DNA of 64,000 nt from positions 4,970 through 68,969 of the forward strand of contig NW_021831855.1 of NCBI RefSeq assembly GCF_006345805.1. Reading direction: 5' to 3'. Below the pieces are notes generated by a model. The model saw only the letters and a program-made list of their open reading frames with translations. It did no database searches and was not told the origin of the DNA. This stretch comes from Octopus sinensis. Taxonomy: Eukaryota. Below, piece after piece: positions 50,599 through 64,000 of the stretch. A program made the position numbers and the translations under genes. Every line of letters starts with the position of its first letter. Position 1 is the stretch's first letter.

Positions 50599-51430
50599 CA
50601 AGATCTGATCAATAAGTATCCGGATTGTTGCTAAAGCACGCAGACTGAAGCCGCTTGGCACAGATTGACCCTGAACTCTGTTGTGCATGCGCATTAAGTT
50701 TCAACGTTCCAGCTCACTTCCGCTGTTTACAGCAGTGCTTGGAAGGAAGGTGTGTAGCGTTTGCTCTTCGCATTGACCATGACTGAGAAAGTTGTTATGG
50801 CGATATCTGTTCAGAGACCTATGGAAAGTAGAAAGTGTATGGAGAGGAGTGTATGAGCCACACACAAGAATCTGAGTTGTTTAGGCGTTTCCAAGATGAC
50901 CAAAATGATGTCGATATTGACGAACGTTCTAGGAGATCTGGAACCAACAGAACTGAATAAAACATAGCAGTAAAACAAGAGGATGTTCAGATTAGTTGCC
51001 GTTCAATTCAGTCCATTATGATTTGGGTATGAGACGCATGTCTGCCAAGTTTGTCCCTAAACTGCTTTCAGCTGGCGAAAAGTACACTGGGGTTTCAGTT
51101 GCACAAGATCTTGTTGATTGTGTCGAGAACGGTGAAACGATTTGAAAACCTTGCGTAGGCCTCTGGGCAGGTATCGCCAAGCTTTTGGCAAAATTTGATG
51201 CAGATTCTCTGCTCAACTTCCTCAGTCACGGTCAACACGACGACAACACGCCACACGCCACACACCTTCCTTCCAAGCACTGCTGTAAACAGCTGGAGTG
51301 AGCTAGAACGTTAAAACTTTGTGCACATGCACAGCAGAGTTAAAGGTCAATTTGTGCCGAGCAACTTCACTCTGCACGCTTTAGTTTCGTTACTATAGCA
51401 ACAGTCCGGATACTTATTGATCAGACCACG
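50599..51430. mobile_element. mariner derivative built from two inverted 5' ends
   Basis: TIR TCTGATCAATAAGTATCCGGA at both ends. 50640-50790 is inverted at 51210-51380. Transposase remnants: EQRICIKFCQKLG (-) and LGMRRMSAKFVPKLLS (+). Confidence 0.8.
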
Positions 51431-51529
51431 TTTATATATGTGTGTGTGTGTGTGTGTACAGTAAACTATATATCTGTCTATCTACCAATATATATGTCTG
51501 TCTTTTTGTCTGTCTGCCTGCCTGTCTGC

Positions 51530-54535
<3,006 letters not shown>

Positions 54536-55721
54536 ATCTATCTAACTATCTATCTATTTGCATATGTTTTCTTTTTACACCGTTTGTCAAAGGTTTTTCT
54601 CAGCCAATGTATTTTCGAGTGGGTGGAGTCGATTGGATGCACAGAAACACGGGTTCGGCTGAATTTGTGGGGTCGCTTAGAAGTTGCAAATTTTGCAGAT
54701 TAAAATATTTTCATTTCTTTATTACCTCCATGTTTGCATGGGAAAATTTCAGCATTTTGCTGGTTTTTTATGGTGTCTTCCTTTTAAATTTCTGCTCTAT
54801 TTTTAGTTTGTTTTTCTTCATTAATTTTTTCTTTTGTTTTCGTCAAAGAATTTTCTCTAAGAATCCTATTGGAGAACAGCATCGATAAATCAAAGACAAA
54901 AAAAATGGAGAAATTGAACAATGGAATCAAATTTAATATTCAAACACGATGTGGTAATTAATTGCCCCAAAACACCACAAAGAATAGAAAATAAAAGGGA
55001 AAAAATAACAGAAAAGAAAGCAAAAAAGAACAAAAAAGCAAAACAACAAAAAATGAAATGAAAATAGCATTGTTAAAACAACTGCAATAACAATAACAAC
55101 AACAAAAAGAACGGAACAAAAAAAAGAAGGAAAATGAAAGAAAATGAAAAAGAAATGATAAACCAACGACGACAATAACAAGAAGAACATCAACAGTAAG
55201 AAAAACAACAAACGTGTCACTACCGACACAACCGACACCACCACCACCACCACCACCACCACCACCGTCAACAGCATCACGACGACCATCATCTCCACCA
55301 TCGCCACCACTACTACTACTACTACCGCTACCACCTCCACACCCACCACACACCACCCTCACCACCACCATCTCTAGCATCAATACAAACACCACCACTA
55401 GCACCCCTCCACCATCACCACCAACAACGTCAACATTAACACCCCTAACAAAAATACCACTGCCACCACCACCGCCGCCGCCACACCACAAAAGTAACAA
55501 CGACGACAACAAGACTTTATCGAAAATATATTTGAACCACCTTCTTTAATGGTGAAGAACCCTTTTGTTCTTGAGAATCAGAAATTTATTCAATAGAGTA
55601 ATAGTGGTGGTGGTGGCATGGGTGGGAAGAAGGGGAGTAGGGAGCGAGATGAGGAGAGAGAGAATGATAGGAGGGAGAGTGGGAACTGTTGGAAGGGGAG
55701 TGTGAAAGAGCGAGAGAAAGC

Positions 55722-55798
<77 letters not shown>

Positions 55799-55904
55799 AG
55801 CATTGAGATTTTGGAATCAAAGAACCAGGACAACGATTGTCTTCTATTAATGTCACAGAATGGACATTTTAAACATATTTTATCTGGAAGGACTGAACAG
55901 AGAG

Positions 55905-55909
<5 letters not shown>

Positions 55910-55971
<62 letters not shown>

Positions 55972-56072
55972 GAGAAATAAATGGCGAGAGGTAGATAGAA
56001 AGACAGAGAGATAGATATACAGATGGATGAGTGTATGGATAGATTAGATAGGTAGATAGATAGATAGATAGG

Positions 56073-56117
<45 letters not shown>

Positions 56118-56742
56118 GGATAGATAGATAGACAGCTAGACTGATAGACAGGTAGCCAGACAGACAGGTAGACAGATAGGTAGATAGAAAGACAGAGAGA
56201 TAGATATATAGATGGATGGGTGGATGGATAGATTAGATAGGTAGATAGATAGATAGATATATAGATAGACAGCTAGACTGATAGACAGGTAGCCAGACAG
56301 ACAGGTAGACAGATAGGTAGATAGAATGATATATATAGGCAGAGAGACATAAATTGACAGTTAAACAGATGCACAAATAGATAGATAGCTAGGATGGCAG
56401 ATAGATGGATAGACAGAAAGAAAGTTAGATAGATTGATAGATAGCTAAATAGACAAACGGACAGAGACAGAGAGTTAGAGACATATTGATAGAAATAGTT
56501 TGACAGATAGCTAGATAGAGAAACAGAAAGATAGATATATAGCTAGAGAGAGAAGTATACACAGAGATAAAGATAGATACTAGTTAGATACAAAGATAAA
56601 TATTGATAGAAATAGACAAAGATACAAATAGACAGAGAAATAGATAAATAGATAGATAGGTCTATAGATAGATAGAGAAATGGCGACAGACATCGAGAAA
56701 GAGAGAGAGAGAGATAGAAAGATAGATAGAGACTGAAGTATT

Positions 56743-56783
<41 letters not shown>

Positions 56784-57000
56784 GTAGAAGGATAGGTAGA
56801 TATAGATTAATAGAAATAAAAATAGACAGATAGACAGATAGGTAGGTAGATACATGGGTAGATAGATAGAAAGAAAGATGAGAGAGAGAGAGAGAAACAA
56901 ATAGATCATAAATAGCTAGACACAGATTTGTAAATGGATATAGACAGATCAATAGGAAAAAGATAAATAGATATTTAGATAAAAAGATAAAGATACGATT
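55910..57000. repeat. degenerate (GATA)n/(GACA)n tract
   Basis: Direct reading. Confidence 0.95.
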
Positions 57001-57189
57001 AATCAAATAAATAAAGCCAGAGAGAATGCATGTGTGTAATAGAGAGGGGAGAGAGAGGGAGGAAGAAAGAGAGAGAGAGAGAGAGAGAGAGGGAAAACGA
57101 GAGTGCATATGTGTGAATGCGAGAGAGACAATGATAAATACAGGGAGAGAAGGAGAGAATTAGAAAGAGTAAAGAAAGCAGATACATAC

Positions 57190-57253
<64 letters not shown>

Positions 57254-57259
57254 AAAATA

Positions 57260-60090
57260 AGACAAGGTAGAAAATGCTATTATATTTTTTATCATGAAGA
57301 ATATTTTAGTACCGTTTCCAGTCTTTACGACTTTTTCAACTTAGAGTAAAGCATGAAAACAATTAAATTGTGGAAAAATTAAACGAAATGTTCTTTTAAA
57401 AATATTTCCATAGTTTTCAAATGCAAGGGACATTATCCTTTTTTCTGTCTGTCTCTGTCTCTCATTTTTACTCTTGTGAGTTCTAGGTAGTTGGCAACAG
57501 CTAGTAGTAGTTTGATATGAATTCCTGTCTTTGATTGTTTAAGCAGCAGTAGTAGTAAAGGTGGCCCTGAAGAAGAAGAAGAAGAAAGAAGAAGAAGAAG
57601 AAGAAGAAGAAGAAGAAGAAAGAAGAAGAAGAAGAAGAGAAAGAATAATAAAAATGCTGGAGTGGTATAATAGTAGCAGGATGTTGGTGGAATCCTCTCA
57701 AGTGACCTAAAAGTGACTCGTTGTGGTTCTAACAGTAGTGATTGGAATTGTTCTGAATAAATTCATGTGAAGTGACTGTTTTGAATATATCGTTTTTAAT
57801 ATTTGCATGGGTATTATTCTAAGGCCCTTGTAATAGTGTCATTTGTGGTAGATGCATTCAAAAGGGGTTTATATTTTGTGATAAAGAATGACTCTTTACT
57901 AATGCGCTGACTACAGGTTGCATCATCCCTGGATTGATAGAAGGGTAAAATTCTGAAGCTGGGTTGTTTGCTATTGGCGCAAATGTCGATGTGTTCACTG
58001 AATGCTATTTTTCTGTATTTCCGAATTTTGATGGGATTTGTGTAGAGCCATCCTTTGACGTATACTGATTTTGGTTTGGCCTATGTATTGCTCTCGACGC
58101 CCAGAACAGGTTCTCCGAAGTACATGTGAAGTTGCTTTTCACTATGAAGCGTTGGCCCTGTTTGAAAGAGAACTATAATTCCTCAATTAGGTTGACGCAT
58201 ATACCACAGTTAGGTCTTCTGCACTTTTTTACTGATGGCTTCGGTGTTGTTGTTGAGCGTATTCGCGCTTGTGTTAGGAGACTTTTCATAGATTGGTCTT
58301 TTGCTCTTTATGATGGTGTGCGTTTGGAGGATTAAATTCATTTTGTGGTCCCTTTTTAGTTGGAGGATGGTGTTGAAGGCTTCATTGTTAAGAGGGTTGT
58401 GTGTGGAGATGTATGGTAGGGCGTTTGGTTGTAAATCCTTCTTTAATTTGGGATGTCTGAGTTCGTGGATGTTGAGTTGTAGAGTACATTGAAAACACAT
58501 ATTGATTAGTGATGGTGTGTAGTTCCTGGTAATGAGTGTCTCCTTTAGTTCATGTGATCGTGTATCTCTGGTGCTTGCATTAGAAACTATAGTACATATC
58601 CTTTTTGCTAGATTGAAGGGGATATTCATTCTGCTGTGTCTGGGGTGGCATGAGTTGAACGGTAGATATTGCTTGGAGTCCGTTGGCTTCTAGTATATAT
58701 CTGTTTCTATTACGTTGTTAGATTTCTTAATGAGGATGTCGAGGAAGGGAAGTTGTTGATGGCTATATTCCATCATGAATTGAATGTTTACGTCAAGTCC
58801 ATTTAGAAGTGCTTGAAATTCTTTAAATCTTTCTATACTTTCATGCCAAAGAATGAAAGTCATCCAGGTACCGTTTCTAGTTATTTTCTATGTAGAGAAT
58901 GGGTTACTATCTTTCTAGTACCTTACCATAAAGACTGATTTATAGATATCCCATGACTAGGTTAGCAAAGGAGGAGGGCATTCTCGTACCCATCGCAGCC
59001 CTGATTTTTGTCGATAGATTTTGTCTTTGAAGACAAAGTAGTTATTTTTCAAGATGAATTTTAGCCCTACTATCACGAATTCTTTCTTGATGCGATATGT
59101 AAATATACACATACACATAAACGTGTGTGTGCTCATATTCACACACATACATTCACACACATACATTCACACACATACATACATTCACACATACATTCAC
59201 ACACATACATTCACATACATTCACACACATACATTCACACACATACATTCTGCGATATATATTCCTTGGCGCAATTCTCTAGGCTGTGGGGGATATTAGA
59301 ATAGAGGTTGACTACATCGAAGGATACTAACAGGGTGTTTTTGTTTATTGTTTCAGGAAGGTGATTGAGTATATCTAGGTCGTCCCTTATGTAGCTTTTC
59401 ATATGCTTAAGGAACGGTTCTAAGAGAGTATCTAAAAAGTTACTGAGGCGATGGGTTTCGCATGCGGAATCTGCTATTATAGGTCTCAATTTGAGGTCAT
59501 AAGGAGAAAAGACCTTGATTATTATGTCTGTGGCTATCCTGCATGTATTACTTATTTTCTCACTTTTGTGTATCTTAGGAATACCGTAGAATTGACTGGA
59601 TTTACTTTTGAAATTGGTCGTATAATCGTGTTCCATGTCGATGAGCCCTTCTCTATAGGTTTAACATGGATTTTAGGTTTTCTCATTATTTTTTGCTGAC
59701 TGTAGTGTTGGAAATTTTCATAATATGGTGTGTCTTCTAATATGGATAGTACTAGAGGTATATAGTATACCGTGTCCATTAAGAGAACTGCACGCTCTTC
59801 ATCAGCCCCTTTGATTGTTATTGTTTTATCATTTGTTCAGCTCAGCTCATTCTTTTTTGCTGAAGCTTGGCTTTTGTTTTTGTTTATGTATATGTTGATA
59901 TGGGTAATTCGAGATGTGTTCACAGAAATGGTCAAGAATTTTGTTATTACCTTTCGGACTAACGATTCGTCCTCGTTGTATTTGTCGTATAGCTCCTCAG
60001 TGAATCGTAATTTTCTACAGAATTCCGCGATGTCTTCTTTCATTTCGTTGTAGTTGGGGCGTTGGTGGGGTGGGGGTATTAACTCGAGCC
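57260..60090 (-). mobile_element. Penelope-like element (RT + GIY-YIG), degraded
   Basis: FYGIPKIHK, LRPII, VSFDVVNLYSNIP, KRYLDD (58855-58878), NIPFNLAKRICTI, EQYIGQT (58070-58095). A hammerhead-like motif TTGAAAA-AGTC(GTAAA)GACT-GGAAACGGTA lies at 57304-57346. Confidence 0.88.
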
Positions 60091-60130
60091 TTTTTATACA
60101 CACACACACATGTAAATATAAATATAAATA

Positions 60131-60330
60131 GGGCGAGCTGGCAGAAACGTTAGCATGGCGGGCGAAATGATTAGGGGTATTTCGTCTATCTTTACGTTCT
60201 GAGTTCAAATTCCGCCGATGTTGACTTTGCCTTTCATTCTTCCGGTGTCGATAAATTAAGTACCAGTTGCGTACTGAGGTCGGTCTAATCAACTGGCCCC
60301 CACACCAAGAATTTCGGGCCTTGTGACTAG
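60131..60330 (+). mobile_element. SINE family B, well preserved
   Basis: GGCGAGCTGGCAGAAACGTTAGC...GAGTTCAAATTCC...GCCTTTCATTCTTCCGGTGTCGATAAATTAAGTACCAG. Confidence 0.85.
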
Positions 60331-60331
60331 A

Positions 60332-60367
<36 letters not shown>

Positions 60368-61420
60368 GTGTATGTATATATACAAACATATTTGCTGGAA
60401 TATATGCTCTCTCTTCTCTCTCTCTCTCTCACACACACAACTGGCTCCTAAACGGATTGTCGTTGACCGATTCCACTTACAAGGTATTGGTCGACCTCGG
60501 GGCGTATAGCGAAAGACAATTGTCCATGGTTCCAAAGAGCCAGGTGCTACGCAGTGAGACCTGAACTCGAAGCCTCGTGATTGAGAAGCGAATTTCTCTA
60601 CCGTTTTGTCATGTCTTATTCGTTTGTTAGGACCAACGCGCAACTTTTTTTTAAATTTCAGCGATGCGCAGCAAATCGTAAAAAAGCGGATTTTTTTATC
60701 CTTTGATTCACCGCACCCATCCAGCCATCTTCAATCCCGGAATTCCTGCAGAGAACGGAGCCAACTCCTTTCCCTTATCTCACACTAAAACACGTAATAA
60801 ATAAATAAACTGATAAAAAAATAAACAAAAGAAGTCGTCGCAGCTGCTCAAAGACTTTGTTCAGATTAGAGGAATTTTCTTCTTTCTCGATTGGAATCTC
60901 CTCAAGAATTGGCATTGAAAAAACAAATTAAAATTTGATAAGACTCTTCGATTTAACTCTTGCATTAAACCAAGATTAACTCTTGTATTAAACCAGGATT
61001 ATCTCTCTTTTTAAACCAGGATTTAATCTGGATTAACGCCCAGCTTTATTTGTTTACTTTATTTTTCTTTTTACATGGGAAAATAACATGTGGACACGTG
61101 TTAGCATTTGTGTGGGATGTGTGTGTGTATTTGATATAAGACAGAAAAAGAGGAGAGAGAGAGAGAGAGAGAGCATAGGTGCTTTTATACGTATGCTCTC
61201 TTTGAACGTGTATGAACAAGGAGAGTAAATGTAAGTATGTGCATATATGCGTGTGTGTTTGTGTGTGTGGGGGTTAAACAGCAGGAAACTCTCAAAACTT
61301 ATGTAATTTATATAATCAAAGCGCAGCAATAAACGCACACATATGTACGTGTATTCATACAGAATGTATGTGTGTGAATATGAGCACACACACACACACG
61401 TTTATGTGTATGTGTATATT

Positions 61421-61506
<86 letters not shown>

Positions 61507-61510
<4 letters not shown>

Positions 61511-63948
61511 GAAAATAGTAAAAAGTGAAAAAACTACAGAAGGCTTGTTTTAAAAGGTTAAAAATATATATTTGAGTCATTATGTCTGAAGAATGTTATA
61601 AATTTTTTTCATACAATGACAGTTTTTGAAGGAATGACCGGTTTCGCATTCAGCTTTTCAAATTTCTTACATCGTTGAGAAGTGTGAAGGAGAGTTCCAG
61701 ATAAGGGGAGGTAATAAGTGATTTCTTCCGGTGTAAGGGAGATAATCGCTTAATATTTCTTGCCTTTTTTTTGGAGTGAGTTTCTCTGTATAAGAATGTT
61801 GGAATGGTTAAGTTTGGGCTTGTATTTTTCAATGAAGAATGTTTCCTTGCTTAGTCTAATTTGTGTTGGTGTTCCGATAGCACATTGGTAAAATGGAAAG
61901 ATTAAAAATTGTGGTAGTAGTTGCTTTGCGCATTTCTCAATGTGCTCACTAAAGGGTATCATTCTGTATTCTGGGAATGCAATCTTGTTGTCGATGCAGT
62001 GTGCATCTACGTCTGAGTGATAGTCCCGTGGACCCCACGTAGTTTTGGTGGTAGCCCGAGCATTTTATGACATAAATTATGTTTTCAGAGGCACAAGTAA
62101 AATTAGATTTGATCATGAATTTCTGTTCCTCTTTGAAGAGGAATTCTGATCCTTCTAGCAGGTTTGGACATGTTGCATAGTTCGGTTTACCACATTTTTT
62201 TACTTTTGCATCCGTAATTTCAGAAAACAATTTTGCCTTTGTGAGAATCTTTTTAAGTGATTTAGGGTTGTTTGTAGCTTTTATGATTTGGTGTATGTTT
62301 AGAATTCCTTTAATTGGGGTCCTTATGAAGTATTGGTAAATTTGAGTGATGATGGTGAAGGCTTCTTTGTTTCTGGGGTTGTGTATGTTGGATATGTAAG
62401 GTAGTATTTTCGGGGAAGGTGTGTTGTTGTGTTGAACTTTTCTCAAAGTTTCTATGTTGATTTCTGTTGCACGTCTGATACCATCCTCTATGATTTGAGC
62501 TGGGTAATGTCTGACAATTAGGGTGTTTTTGAGTTCTTGTAGTCTAAAGTTCCTGGTATTTTGTTTTGACACTATTGTGCATATCCTTCTTGCAAGGTTG
62601 AAGGGGATGTTTGTTTTAGTGTGTCTTGGATGGCATGAATCAAAAAGTAGGTATTGTTTGGCGTCTGTGGCTTTGTAAAAAATGTCTGTTTCTATTTTAA
62701 GGTTAATTTTTTAAATTACTATATCCAAGAATGGGAGCTCCTTTTTGTTGTATTCCATTGTGAACTGTATATTTGGGTTTATGCTGTTCAATAGGTTTTT
62801 GAATTTTAGGAGTTTATCTGTGTTTTCATTCCAGAGTATAAAACAATCGTCCAGGAATCGTTTTCCAATTCTCTTTTATGTATTGAGAGAGGGGGTTCCA
62901 AAGATTGATAAAGATTCCTGGTAAATGATTATTTCCATGTAGCCCATTGTTAGGTTCGCAATGACTGGTGCTGCCCTTGTACCCATAGCAATTCTGGATT
63001 TTTGACGGTAAAATGTATTGTCAAACATGAAGTGGTTATTATAGGATGAATCAATTGATTTAGTAATGAATTCTTTACTGATCCTTTTTGGTATTTCTTC
63101 CGAAATGGTCCAGCCAGAACTGTATTGCCTCTAGTCCATAATTATGAGGTATACTGGTATATAAGTTAACTACATCAAATGAAACCATGATTGTTTCTTC
63201 CTTGGCTCTTTTTGGAAGGTGGTTTAACATATCTAAGTCATCTCTGATATGGCTAGAAGGATCAGAATTCCTCTTCAAAGAGGAACAGAAATTCAAGATC
63301 AAATCTAATTTTACTTGTGACTCTGAAAACATAATTTATGTCATAAAATGCTCGGGCTGCCACCAAAACTACGTGGGGTCCACGGAACTATCACTCAGAT
63401 GTAGATGCACACTGCATCGACAACAGATTGCATTCCCAGAATACAGAATGATACCCTTTAGTGAGCACATTGAGAAATGCGCAAAGCAACTACTACCACA
63501 ATTTTTAATCTTTCCATTTTACCAATGTGCTATCAGAACACCAACACAAATTAGACTAAACAAGGAAACATTCTTCATTGAAAAATACAAGCCCAAACTT
63601 AACCATTCCACATTCTATACAGAGAAACTCACTCCAAAAAAAGGCAAGAAATATTAAGCGATTATCTCCCTTACACCGGAAGAAATCACTTATTACCTCC
63701 CCTTATCTGGAACTCTCCTTCACACTTCTCAACGTAAACATAACGATGTAAGAAATTTGAAAAGCTGAACGCGAAACCGGTCATTTCTTCAAAAACTATG
63801 TCATTGTATGAAAAAAATTTATAACATTCTTCAGACAATGACTCAAATATATATTTTTTTAACCTTTTAAAACAAGCCTTCTGTAGTTTTTTCACTTTTT
63901 ACTATTTTCTATATATTCACTACGTGCTTTCACACACCAACTTTCTCA

Positions 63949-63951
<3 letters not shown>
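61507..63951 (-). mobile_element. Penelope element, 5'-truncated, with an inverted copy of its 3' end (arms 61507-62159 and 63252-63915)
   Basis: RT: VSFDVVNLYTSIP, GIAMGT, RFLDD. GIY-YIG: NIIYVIKCSG.HQNYVGST on both strands. Hammerheads in both pLTR copies. Confidence 0.93.
63750..63789 (+). ncRNA. Penelope pLTR minimal hammerhead (mirror copy at 61629-61668, minus strand)
   Basis: AAGAAAT-TTGAAAA-GC(TGAAC)GC-GAAACCGGTC-ATTTCTT: a 7-bp stem I with a variant core. Confidence 0.7.

Positions 63952-64000
<49 letters not shown>

Noticed and set aside
55214-55549. Proline-rich 111-aa ORF (formin/extensin-like)
   Set aside because: It is a (CCA)n/(CTA)n low-complexity tract with no splice or domain support.
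63187-63657. 156-aa ORF as a standalone GIY-YIG nuclease gene
   Set aside because: The N-terminus is antisense RT sequence and the rest is the inverted copy of the Penelope endonuclease.

Overview
Eukaryotic, AT-rich, repeat-saturated non-genic DNA with very dense (TA)n/(CA)n/(GA)n/(TCTA)n/(TAA)n microsatellites. The SINE families and repeat landscape look like an octopus/cephalopod genome; this is inferred from recall, not searched. No host gene could be supported, and most ORFs in the track are microsatellite translations or antisense shadows. Retroelements: a near-full-length CR1-group LINE (ORF1 with a Myb/SANT-like domain plus CCCH fingers), a near-full-length R4/Dong LINE in (TAA)n plus two R4 fragments, an RTE fragment, Tx1/L1-clade copies in (TATC)n, a 1.3-kb ORF1-only element with a 16-bp TSD, two Penelope elements and many tRNA-derived SINEs. 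DNA and rolling-circle elements: Merlin-like, hAT and mariner/maT derivatives, a Helitron and a Helentron-type HINE. The most striking structure is a 4x ~602-bp head-to-tail non-coding array (22481-24919). Each unit carries an intact type I hammerhead ribozyme whose stem II is extended into a ~80-nt rod, giving a retrozyme/Penelope-pLTR-like candidate circular-RNA element. About a dozen more hammerhead-like motifs and many fold-back inversions are scattered across the window. All structures were folded and aligned by eye.
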